Assembly: GCA_964016885.1 (NCBI GenBank)
Contig: OZ024740.1
Coordinates: 350,672,001-350,736,000, forward strand
Direction: 5' to 3'
DNA: 64,000 nucleotides
Origin: Eledone cirrhosa
Lineage: Eukaryota
Positions within the stretch are counted from its first letter, which is position 1. Each line of letters opens with the position of its first letter. A program made the position numbers and the translations under genes. Below, one piece after another: positions 27,283 through 40,868 of the stretch. Below the pieces are notes generated by a model. The model ran no database searches, was not told where the DNA came from, and saw nothing but the letters and a program-made list of their open reading frames with translations.

Positions 27283-27794
27283 GCAACCCTACCAAGGTTT
27301 CTTGGTGAGGAGGGTGACTTTGGACATCCTGCAGGACTAAAAACAAAACCTGTCAAAGGGCAAAGAAGCTATTAAGAGTCAATGGCCATCCAAAATCACC
27401 GGGAGAGATGTCCCCTTAGCCTTTGTCAAGGCAGAATTCTAGGAGAAGGAAAACTCTGATATAGTACCTGCAACCCAGATGGTATCCAATGATTTTTTGG
27501 TAAATATCATCTTGGTCAAGAGAGTGGGACTGGCTTTGTACAGTGCCTTTGCTCACTGTAAAAGCTTCACGGCACAGGCATTGCTTTATATCTGGAGATC
27601 TCTCTGCACTTGTCATCACAGGGTACAATGGGCCCAGCACTATGTGTCAGCAATTGTCACAAGTCTAGTGTTTGTACCAGAGTTTTCAAATCGCTGGCTG
27701 GACTAAAAAGTCACACTCGTTCAGCGCATCGGTAGGAGTTCTCCTACATGGATATAAAGTAGTGGTCGTACTCGAAAACGAGTTGGCAGCCACC

Positions 27795-27875
<81 letters not shown>

Positions 27876-27927
27876 TATATATATATGTATATGTATGTAT
27901 GTATATATATATGTATATATATATATG

Positions 27928-28004
<77 letters not shown>

Positions 28005-28089
28005 AAAGTTATATTTAAATTGTTGGGTTAACAACGAGTAAATATTTATAACTGATATAAAAGCACTCAACAAGTATTTGGAGTATATT

Positions 28090-28568
<479 letters not shown>

Positions 28569-28572
28569 GTAT

Positions 28573-28612
<40 letters not shown>

Positions 28613-29416
28613 CTATGCCACGTGGCTTGAACCTGTAAGTGAATTGAAGGTTCTGTAACTCTGATACACAGATTATTTATTATTAAGATGTATAAACTTG
28701 ACATAACTATTATCATCTTATATTCTCTCAACTAATCACATTTGATCATATTTCTCTATCGCGTTTTCTCCCACCATAATTATAATATTTTTTTTTTTTA
28801 TTTGAAAAAATCGTTTTTTTTACATTGTGTTTTCCCCTCCAAATATTCGCTTATATTTCTTTATATATTCTCTATATATTTTTTTACATATATATTTTTT
28901 ATCTTTATTATTTCCACTTTTATTCTCCTTTATACTTTACCTTATTCTTACTTTTATACCTTATTATAGTGTAATCTTCCCCATGCCTTATTATACATTA
29001 TTAATTATAGAGGTTGACTTTGCCTTTCATCCTTACTGGGTCGATAAAATAAAGTACCAGTAATGCACTGGGTGATTGCTGGCCTTGTGCCTAAAGTAGA
29101 AACAATTAATTATAGATTATTATTATTACTCTTTTTCCATTTCTAATTACCTCATGTACTTTCTCCTCCGTTATATATATATATATTGTATGCCCTTTGT
29201 GTTTGTGTAGCCTCTGCACGCCCTCTGCACCATACTATCGACGCCACCCCATCTATGGTTCAGCTAACCACTCGACTCCCGGGAATGAATATGACCCCAC
29301 CCTCCCACACCAAACTTAGACTTATCGTCCCCTACATTTGCTCTTTACTCTCTTTACTCTTTGTTCTTGAATGTTTGGTTGGTAGAGTCCATAACACCAA
29401 TCAAACCCCTTTTATA

Positions 29417-29461
29417 GCTCTGACGAATCCTACGGTTACGTAAGGAAGAAACATTGTAAGC
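29417..29461 (+). ncRNA. Minimal type I hammerhead in solo pLTR
   Basis: GCT-CTGACGA-aTCCTACG-gtta-CGTaAGGAa-GAAA-CATTG-TA-AGC, followed by AATAAA. Confidence 0.65.
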
Positions 29462-29506
29462 CAATAAAAATCTCTCGATGTTGTAGACGCTCTTGTGTTC
29501 TTTATC

Positions 29507-29556
<50 letters not shown>

Positions 29557-29558
<2 letters not shown>

Positions 29559-29862
29559 GCACCCCCAGAGTGAACCTGTCTATAGAATTCTTTCTGCCTT
29601 TGCTATTCTAAATATTGTTTTTAAAGAATTCCCTTTTCTTTAAACCCATCAACCAATGGCTTCCCCCCATCCCAATCACCACCCTCTCCTACCACCAGAA
29701 AAGATATAACTACCACCATATTACTTGGACAGCCAGCTTCTGATGATTTCTCCTGAATGAAACAATTCTAGTACTGTAGAAGATTTTCTATATTAAATAT
29801 TTATACTCTGCTCTGTATTGAGTACCTTACTTTCTGTGGTTACCCCCGATTGAACCCGGGAT
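29557..29862 (+). mobile_element. Solo PLE pLTR family with HHR-like core (CTGATGA..GAAAC at about 29740); other copies at 53803-54016 (-) and 60890-61168 (+)
   Basis: Three homologous copies next to (TA)n. Confidence 0.7.
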
Positions 29863-29971
29863 AAAGCTTTTGCAAGAGATATCAACATGAATGGACCTGT
29901 TATTTTTATCTAAAGATATTTTTTCCAATTCCATCCCGCCCGTCCCCTTAATCTATCTCATTTCTCATTCT

Positions 29972-30010
29972 TTCTTCTGATGATGGACTAGCGTCCGAAA
30001 CATTAAGAGC
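29972..30010 (+). ncRNA. Minimal type I hammerhead in solo pLTR (degenerate relative near 46825)
   Basis: TTCTT-CTGATGA-T-GGAC-tagc-GTCC-GAAA-CATT-AAGAG. Confidence 0.65.
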
Positions 30011-30520
30011 CTCTTCCTGCTATATCAAGTGTTAACCTAATATATCCGTTCTATATACTGTACCAATTGTGTTATTTCTGTTTACCTTTTACATACACAC
30101 ATACATGCATATATATATATATATATATATATGACCTACAGTTACCATGACACAAACCCCGTTTTTAAATCTTTTAATAATGATTTTAGCACTATGTACT
30201 AGCTAATACAAAACACAATATGTGCTATATAAAACACATCCAAATCAAAACAAGTTTATCGCAAATTCCTTTATCATCCCACTGTTCGCTTATTATTGGT
30301 ATTCCTGTAGGCCTACTCACAGTACCCTCCTACTGAATTCTTCATTCGTGTACTAATTTGTCATAGGAAAATTTCTATAGAAAAGCACTCTTAATTTAAA
30401 TGTTCTACAGGAAATCATGTGAATTTATGCACACACTCTCACACACACAAGCGCGCGCGCGCACTCACACACACACTCACACACATACACACACATTCAT
30501 ACACACATAGATACACACAC

Positions 30521-30597
<77 letters not shown>

Positions 30598-30747
30598 GTC
30601 GACGACTATAATAATAGCTGAGAAATTGGTTAAATTAGTCTTAAAGACGGAAAAATTGATCGAATTTTTTAATATACATATGTATATATGTACGTATGTA
30701 CACATATATATATATAAATATATATATGTGTGTGTGTGTGAGTGTGT

Positions 30748-30823
<76 letters not shown>

Positions 30824-30941
30824 TGTAGTGTGTGTACGTGTGTGTGTGTGTATGTGTATGTGCTTGCTTGTTCCATTTGTATCATCACATATTTGATTAC
30901 CAGAATTTTCCGACTCTGCAAATTTCTTCTAAACTTTCGCT

Positions 30942-31025
<84 letters not shown>

Positions 31026-31047
31026 AACATACACACATACACACACT

Positions 31048-31093
<46 letters not shown>

Positions 31094-31679
31094 TCACCTA
31101 CATTCTTAAACTACTAAATAATCTACTCCAGGATCAGGATATATAGAGACTTTTCTCGGAATGCTATGTTCATAATAATGACGAGAGGTTGAACAGTGTA
31201 TCTTTCATACGTATGTATCTATATATATATGTGTGTATGTGTATGTGTGTGTGTGTGTGTGTATTTCGTTTTTGAATTAGTTTTGCAAGATTTCATATTT
31301 GAAAACGTGTGTTGAAACAGATATTATTATACTGTTGCCAATAAAAACACATGCACCTGCAAGATTTCATTTCAATTTATTATAAATTTCCAGTTGGTTG
31401 GTTGGATGGTTGGTTCGATAACCGGATGGCTGTTTATATATTGTTAAAGCTCTTTCGTCACACATTCCGTATCCTCCTTAGAGACTGGGCATTTATTTTG
31501 TGTCTCGCATTTGTTCTGTCTTGCACCAATCTTGCATATATATATGCATTTAAAAGGTTAACAAAAGTAACAAAGCAAACGACATAGTATATTGAGGAAA
31601 TATATTAGCTTAACGCTTGAAATAGCAGAAAAAAGGTGTTAGAAATAGAGATTTATAAATAGAGAAACGAACGGAGCAA

Positions 31680-31781
<102 letters not shown>

Positions 31782-32320
31782 AGTGTAAGTTTCTACACAA
31801 AACGAAGGTTATAGAGAAAATTGAGGTTGGTAATGGCACATGGAATATATAAGAGACAGAATACTTTTTTGTGAAAAAACATAATTTTATAAGGTAAGGA
31901 AATAATAAAGGGTATAAAAAATGACCGGTTTCGATGGGTCTGCAAAAGCCATCTTTTCAAATGTTGATTAATATTAAGAAAATTAATAATAATAAGAGTT
32001 AAAATTTGAGATTTGAAAATTCAAGTATAAAATTCAGTGTGGGATCTCATAGTAGTTTTCATCTTGGTAGCAGCAAGTTGACTGCTGTGTGCCTTTCTGG
32101 TAGTGAATGAGGAGTTATTTGGGGGAGTGGGTTATTTTATAAAGGTCAGATTTAGCAATGGCCAGATGGCCAGCTGCTGGTCAGTGAGGGGGTGGAAGCA
32201 ATATACATACATATATCTCCCTGTGGTCGGTAGGAGAGGGGAGAGTGATAGAAAGGGATTTAGTGCACTTACACCTATATATACACACATACCCTCATCC
32301 ACACACACATACATATACAT

Positions 32321-32399
<79 letters not shown>

Positions 32400-33121
32400 T
32401 ATACATATACACACATACATACACACACACATACATATACATACACACATACACACACACACACACATATATACACACACATATATATATACACACACAC
32501 ACATATATATACATACACATACATCCAGATACACACATACACACACACACACACACACATATATATACACATACGCATACATCCAGATACACACATACAT
32601 ACACACACACACAATACATACACATACATACATCCACATGCACACACATACACACACACACATACACATACATACACCCACACACATAGAGAAATGGCCT
32701 CCAAAAATATATATATATACATACATACACATATATTTTTTCCATAATATAAGAAGTTAGGACAGTGAAATTAAAATACAAGTCATGCTGATCACATTGA
32801 GTTCTTCATGTAGATTGGGCCCCGCAACCGACAGTGGTGAATTCTGTGTGCGCATATATATATAGATATATGTGTGTGCACGTGCAGGGTTTAACATGGA
32901 TGTGTTGGTCACACAAAGGCATGGTCTGTCAACGAATAAACCTGATTCTACAGAATTGGTCTCTGGTCTTTAATAGTAGTGATAATTATATACATGCACA
33001 CATACACACACATATATCTGTCACTCCGTGCGTATGTGTGTTTATATTTTATGACAATTCTATTGGGGTGATAACCCGTTTAGTTTTGGTTTAAATTTGT
33101 TAAGGAATAGATTTTCTTTGT

Positions 33122-35330
33122 TTATTCTTTGTTGCTGTGTGAACGAATCTGAGCACTTGTAGAAGGGGAAATTTTAAAGTTGGGTAGTGTCATTCCTGCG
33201 CAGTTCGCAATATGGCTGCTCAAGGGGATTTTTCTTGTGTTAGCGTCCCGGATTTGTTGGCGGTGGATGGTCATTCTTTTGCGTAATGAGGTTCCCGTCT
33301 GTCCTATGTAGTTGTGTTTGCACCCACCGCAAGTTATTGCGTAAATCAAGTTCTCCGAGTTGCAGGTGAAATTGTTTTTTACTGTAAATGTTTGGCCATC
33401 TTTAAATGTATATTTGTGTCCTTCTGTGAGGTAGAGGCACGTTCCACAGTTTGTTCTACCACATTTGGTAACTGTAGGGTTGAGGATTGGTTTGGGTATA
33501 TTTGGTCCTTTGAGAATGCGTTTTAGTGATATGGGTTGTCTTTTACTTTTAAGGATCTTGTGTGTTTCAAGAATAGACTTCATTTTTACATCTTTAAGTA
33601 GGATGGGGAGGTTTTTGTGTAGGTGATCAAACATTTCGGTATTTCTGGGGTTGAAAGTGGGTACATATGGCAGGGTGTTGAGTGTGGTTTTCTATTTTGG
33701 ATTGTTAAGTTGATGGGGATTTAGGTGTTTTGCCCTGTCTATTCCATTGTTGATTATTTCAAGTGGAAAGGCTCTTAAGATAAGGGTGTCTTTTAGTTCC
33801 TTTAGTCTTTGCTCCCGTTTAGGTGGATCTGATACTATGGTACATATACGTTTGGCCAAATTGTAAGGAATGTTAAGTTTTGTATGTTTTGGGTGACTTG
33901 ATGTGAAAAAGAGGTATTGCTTGAAATCTGTGGGTTTATAGAATATATCTGTATCTAATTTCCCGTCTATTACAGAGATGAGAATATCCAAGAAGGCTAA
34001 TTCCTTGGGATTGGATTCCATTGTGAATTGTATGTTATTATCTATGTTGTTTATCATGTTTTTAAACATAGTAAGTGAGTTCATGTCTTCTTGCCATAGG
34101 ATAAAGCAGTCGTCTAGATATCTTTTCCAATTGGCTTTGAGGTGTGTGTGGAAAGAGTCTCCAAATAAGAGAAGGGACTGACTGTATATTTGTTGTTCAT
34201 GGAATCCCATGACTAGGTTGGCATATGTGGGTGCTACTTTCGTGCCCATTGCAGTACCTGATACTTGTCTGTATGTTGGACCATTGAATGTGAAGTAGTT
34301 ATTTTGTAGGATAAAGCGGAGTCCGTCAGTGATAAAATCTTTGTTGATGCGTGTCGGTATTTCTGATGGGTGTGTGTTAAGCCAGTATTGGACTGCTGTT
34401 ATTCCATAGTTGTGGGGTATGTTTGTGTAGAGGTTTATTACGTCAAAGGAGACAAGAATTGTATTTGCACTTACTGTTTTAGGGAGGTGCTTCAGCATGT
34501 CAAGGTCATCTCGTATGTCGCTCTGTATATGTTGTAGAAAGGGTTTCAGTAGGATGTCCAGAAAGTTGCTAAGTCTGTGGGTTTCACATGTAGGGCCTGC
34601 TATAATTGGCCTGAGTTTTAGGTCTTCTGGTGGTGTTAGTTCAATGTAATTGTTGGTTGAGGTCTCACATGCATCGTTTATGGGTTTACATTTGTGGAGT
34701 TTCGGTAAGCCGTAAAAAGAGCTTGTATTGCATTTGAAGTGGCTTATATAGTTAAACTCTTTTGTGGTTAAGCTGTTGCGGTATTTATTCAGTAAGGTCA
34801 AAAGGTTCCCATTGTTTTGGTGTATTTGTAGTTTTCTGTTTTTTCATAGTATGTGTTGTTTTCTAAAATGTTAAGTGCGAGGGTCCTATAGTAGTCCGTA
34901 TTCATAATGACAACAGTACTGCCTTTATCGGCTTCTTTGATAGTTATCTCAGGGTTGTTTCTAAGTGTGAATAATTCTTCCCATTCGTGTGTAGATAGGT
35001 TTGATTTCGTGTGTTTATTTGTAATTTTTTCATAGGGAAAGTTGGTGATGTGTTCGCAGTACGTGTCCAGTGCTTTATTTCTTCCCTTTTGTGGGCAGAA
35101 ATTACTTTTATTTCTAACCAGTGATTCGTCTTCAGTGTTGGTGTCGTTGTGGAAGAATTCCGTTAGTCGCAGCTTTCGGCAGTATTCCATGATGTCATCC
35201 TTCATTTCGGGGAAGTTTGGTTTACGTGGTGTAGGTGTAAATTTCAGGCCCTTACTTAAAATGTTGATTTGTGTGTTGGTTAGAGGTGTCTTTGAGAGGT
35301 TGATTATTTTTGGTTTCTCCTGAGGGGGGG
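33122..35330 (-). pseudogene. PLE RT/GIY-YIG ORF, frameshifted
   Basis: ORFs 34798-35205, 33692-34801, 33122-33634. Confidence 0.9.
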
Positions 35331-35890
35331 GGGGGCCATCGAGTATCCTGGTATTTCAGGCTTTTCCCTAAAAAAGGAATGTAGTTTTGTGTGTGATTAT
35401 ATTTTGTTGGTCTGTTGCGTGTGGGTCTGTAGCTTGTTGTTTCATGAGGGTGAAAGGGTATAAAAAATGACCGGTTTCGATGGGTCTGCAAAAGCCATCT
35501 TTTCAAATGTTGATTAATATTAAGAAAATTAATAATAATAAGAGTTAAAATTTGAGATTTGAAAATTCAAGTATAAAATTCAGTGTGGGATCTCATAGTA
35601 GTTTTCATCTTGGTAGCAGCAAGTTGACTGCTGTGTGCCTTTCTGGTAGCGAATGAGGAGTTATTTGGGGGAGTGGGTTATTTTATAAAGGTCAGATTTA
35701 GCAAATCTGACCTTTATAAAATAACCCACTCCCCCAAATAACTCCTCATTCGCTACCAGAAAGGCACACAGCAGTCAACTTGCTGCTACCAAGATGAAAA
35801 CTACTATGAGATCCCACACTGAATTTTATACTTGAATTTTCAAATCTCAAATTTTAACTCTTATTATTATTAATTTTCTTAATATTAATC

Positions 35891-35938
35891 AACATTTGAA
35901 AAGATGGCTTTTGCAGACCCATCGAAACCGGTCATTTT
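35891..35938 (+). ncRNA. Type I hammerhead variant with U3-A8 core (also 31918-31965 and about 35464-35511 on -)
   Basis: TTGAAAA-GATGG..CCATC-GAAA-CCGG-TC. Confidence 0.65.
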
Positions 35939-36040
35939 TTATACCCTTTATTATTTCCTTACCTTATAAAATTATATGTTTTTTCACAAAAAAGTATTCT
36001 GTCTCTTATATATTCCATGTGCCATTACCAACCTCAATTT

Positions 36041-36449
<409 letters not shown>

Positions 36450-36804
36450 ACCTAACTCGTCCCATGGACTGAGTGCTCTACCACTACGGATATTACCTTC
36501 CAGTTTTCCACCACTATATATATATATATAAAAAAAAAATTTTTAAATTATATTATATACACTCTGCATGTGGAAAGTGTTCTTGATTTAGAACCAACAC
36601 CACCAATTCCCTGTACTACCTACACACACGCTATAAATATATATATAGCGTCCCATGTACGTCAATACTCATCTTTTTCTATTTATCTGAGGGCTCTAAA
36701 CCCCATTATCAGGCTAAAATTTCTTTAGTCAAAAATACGGTGAAAGCTATTCTATTTTCTAATTTCCAATCTGCTCACTGTCTGTTTCAAAACATACTTA
36801 TTTG

Positions 36805-36840
<36 letters not shown>

Positions 36841-37055
36841 TGTCACTCTTCTTTCTTGATATATAATTACTCCAAGCATAAACTACATAGAAATCACCGC
36901 GAATTCGCAGCATCACTATGGAAACGTCTTGTTGAGTCAAACTAAGCCACACGTTAATACTATCCACTACATGGAGTACTCTAACTGGACTACATCTAAG
37001 TGGACTGCCTATAACGATAACCTGTTATCCCGTATATATATATATAGACACACAC

Positions 37056-37125
<70 letters not shown>

Positions 37126-37409
37126 GTAACACAACAGTTAGTTCACCATACCGAGAACAATTGTTTCACATTGCGGATCTTCAGCTCGGACTGACAATGG
37201 TTATACGGAACAGAAAAGGGAGAAACAACCGTGTGAAAGCGCACGCTCAGAAACGGTCACTTCTCCCAAGCGATGAAAATCCACGGTCGAAAGTTGTAAG
37301 GGGGGTAACTGCGAATGTCCGGAATAAATTGTTTGAGTTGATTAGAATATTAGAATGTTGATGTTATTTAATCCGGCGCTTTGTAATTATGCAAGATATG
37401 TTTCAGACG

Positions 37410-37538
37410 TGTGGACAGCGTGAAAAAAGTTCATTTCTTGAATTTAGGCAATTACTATTCCGCAATCTCCTTAGAATATGAGATTACGCAATAGCGATTG
37501 CCTAAATTCAAGAAATGAACTTTTCTCACGTTGTCCAC
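37410..37538. repeat. Imperfect inverted repeat (~60-bp arms); MITE-like or fold-back
   Basis: gtggacagcgtgaaaaaagttcatttcttgaatttaggcaat / attgcctaaattcaagaaatgaacttttctcacgttgtccac. Confidence 0.7.
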
Positions 37539-40297
37539 AAAGCTGTGTACACAAAGCTGTTGACGTATGCAGCATTCATGAAATTTGAAATGTGTGAGTC
37601 TCAACGCAAATGACCATTACAGTAGTCCATCGCTATAAATAGTTGAAAGAATCTGTCAACGTTCGCATTCGTCCGGCATCCGAGAGATGTGGGATTCAAT
37701 TATTCGCAGAAGCTTCACTTCACATTTTACTGTTTCTAGAACTACTTTACCCAATTTTCTCAGCTATTATTTGTGGTCCACTATTGATAGGATTATTTCT
37801 CTCGATACACATTTCAAATATTTATATATTTATTCTCATATTTTCATCGGCATAGCAGTTACCGTTACCGTGTTTCCAGCGGGTTCAAAATAGATCCAAA
37901 TTATGCGTGTTAAAAATGCCACAATAATGACAGTTACCTGAATATCGCAGACGATAAACTCTGAGTAGTGAGTCACACAGCCTTGAATAAATAATCATAT
38001 ATATATAAGCACGCACGCATCTGCACACACACCACACACCACACACACGCCCATATATATATATGTCCATTGCGCAAAATCCAGTCAGCTTATATACACT
38101 TCCGTTCTCAACACAACCTCATTTGGGTTGAAAATCGTCTAGGTGAAATGCGCGTCCTCGAGTATGGTTTGGTAATTTGTTATGGAACTAACTCTGTCTC
38201 GCTGTCTCTCTCTCTCTCTCTCTCGATATATATATACATATACATATAAACGTGTGAGTGTGTTATGTTAAACCCCACTCACACGTCGACTGCCTGCTCT
38301 AAGTTGTTACATAAACTGCAATTTGAAATATTCAGTTACTAGCAATTAAATGTAACCTGCATGAGACATCTAGGGCTTGCTGTTGACTTGTACTGATTGA
38401 CCATTGTAGGCGTTAACTTAAAAATATACACTGACACTGAAACCACCAGAGTTAGCATTTGAATAATACATCTAGGAGCTTTATAAGATATAACAGGATC
38501 ACATAGTTTTTTTAACTATTGCTTATAGAAAACGAATGAGATTTTATCTTTCATTGTGGAAGTTGTTGCATGTTATATGTTAAATATATGAGGTTTAGCA
38601 CAGGTTGAATGTACAAACCTTAATGCACATATCCATTATCTGTTTAGATCGACATTAATCATCCCTGTAGTACACTTCATTTTTCTCACAAGCCAGAGAG
38701 GGATGAGAGTAGGGGGGAGAGAGTGAGAGAGGGGGGGGGGGAGTATCAACGACGTCATTCGACATGCTAAAAATAAATATCACTTTGGATATTGTCCCAA
38801 GTATATTATGCATTCTTCTTAATTGATCACTTAGAGGAGGTTTTTCAGACTAAGTAGGATGATAATTTCGTCAGACCAGAGATCGGTATCGAATACTTGC
38901 ATCAAAGTAGAATCTGTTTTAAACAAGATGTTAGAATCGATATTGGAATTCCTTTGATCATAGATCTGCTCTGGAGTCATAAAACAGCTTTATATCCTTG
39001 GAAAACAGTTAGTGATACTAATAATTCTATTCGGGATATTCGTAATTATGAAATGAATCAATGCGCAGAGGAGCCTCTACCCGAGCCAATGAGGCAACCT
39101 CTACGATTGCACGGTCAGCAAGAAATATCAATTAAATCTGCCTCGATTGACATTATACCGTCTTAAATATGGATTGGAAACAGTTCTACAGAGCTTTAGA
39201 AACATGTGAGCGTTACGTCAAACGCTTTTGAAAATTAGCCTACTTGATCAAGATTGACCTAGGAATAAACTTAAACAATTACAATCAACCATTTTATTAA
39301 ATAATTGTTTCTGCTTTTGGCACAAGGCCAGCAATTATCCCAGTGTATTACTGATGCTTTATTTTATCGACCCCGTAACGATGAAAGGCAAAGTTAACTT
39401 CGGCGGGATTTGAACTCAGATCATAAAGGGCCGTAACTCTGTGCTGCAAAGCATGGTGTCTGACTCTCTACCGATACTGCCAATTGGACTTATGCAGTCG
39501 AGCTAGAAAGTAAGCGAGTTTGACAAGTGTGATATTGGGATTATCACGCACGTTTGTACCACATTACCTACTAAGTATATGTGTATGGTCCCGTAACTTC
39601 TGATAGAGTTGTACGCGCGCCGTATTGACATATGGCGTTTCTTGAGCATTTTAAGTCTGGTGGAACCCATCCCTCTCCAGGCCTGAGTACAGCAGATTTC
39701 TTCCAGAGAAAGATAGAGTGAGAGAGAGGAAATAAAAAAGAGATATGGAAGAAAAATCCACCCCAGTACTAGACTGATACTTTTTTATCGCCCTCGAAAA
39801 AATGAAAGGCAAATTTGACCTCCACGGTGTTTGAACTCAGAGAGCAGAGAGCCGAAACGAATGCCATAAAGCATTCTATCCGACGTTCTAACGACAATTC
39901 ACCGCCTATATTTCCTACAATAACATCATTTAATCCATCTTCACACCATCGTTTAGCGACTGATAGCTTTTCTGCGTTAAAAGTAAACACGTATTGCCTA
40001 TTGATCAACTGATTTTGTTTTTCTTTCTTTTAATACATTGCAAGGGAGATATATCAACCATCTCCATCAAACTATTAAGAGCAATACTGCATTAAAGTGT
40101 TTGATTACAAGAATAATATTTTCGAAAGTGTTCATTCATTATAAGATTTCTTCTTTGAACATCATTTTATTAGGATCAGGACTGTTTCAGGGTGGATAAG
40201 CATTTGACTGCCTTCCGTATTTCACGACATCTAAATGGTTTCATGCATAACCTTTCCAATAGTTATGTTATACCAAATTACATATCTCTACAATTAT

Positions 40298-40868
40298 CAT
40301 TTAATGCTGCAAAAACTGAGACACTCGTCCTCTCAATGAAGCCTGTGCAATGCACGCTACATGTGAATGGAGTTTCACTGAAGCAGGTAGAGAAGTTCAA
40401 GTAACTCGTGTCCGTGTTTACGAGTGATGAAGGGGTGAGGCTGAATTAAGTGCAAAAATTGCAAAAGCTGGTTTAATAATTGTTTCTACTTTAGGCACAA
40501 GGCCAGCAATCACCCAGTGCATTACTGGTACTTTATTTTATCGACCCCGTAAGGATGAAAGGCAAAGTCAACCTCGGCGAGATAATGCGCCTGCTTCAGC
40601 ATTCAGTAATCAGAAGAAGGGAAGTAGGCGTAAAAGCCAAACTCACTATCTTCAGGTCGGTTTTCGTGCCAACCCTTACCTATGGTCATGAATCAATATG
40701 AATGAAACAATACGATCGCGGATACAAGCGGCCGAAATGGGATTCTTCTGAAGGGTCTTTGGAGTAACGTTACTCGATAAAGTGCGTAGCTCGGATATCA
40801 GAGAGTCACTCCAGGTAGAGCCGCTACTTCTTCGAATTGAGAGATCACAGCTAAGAAGAAGAAGAAGA
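40298..40868 (+). mobile_element. RTE-clade (Expander/Rex3-like) RT relic interrupted by a SINE
   Basis: NAAKTETLV..LKQVEKFK; FVPTLTYGHES; IQAAEMGF; DIRESLQVEPLLLRIERSQLR; related relics at about 44050-44165 and 45705-46030. Confidence 0.8.

Noticed and set aside
38880-39166. Kinase-like GIEYLHQ peptide
   Set aside because: No HRD, DFG or other kinase motifs follow; probably chance
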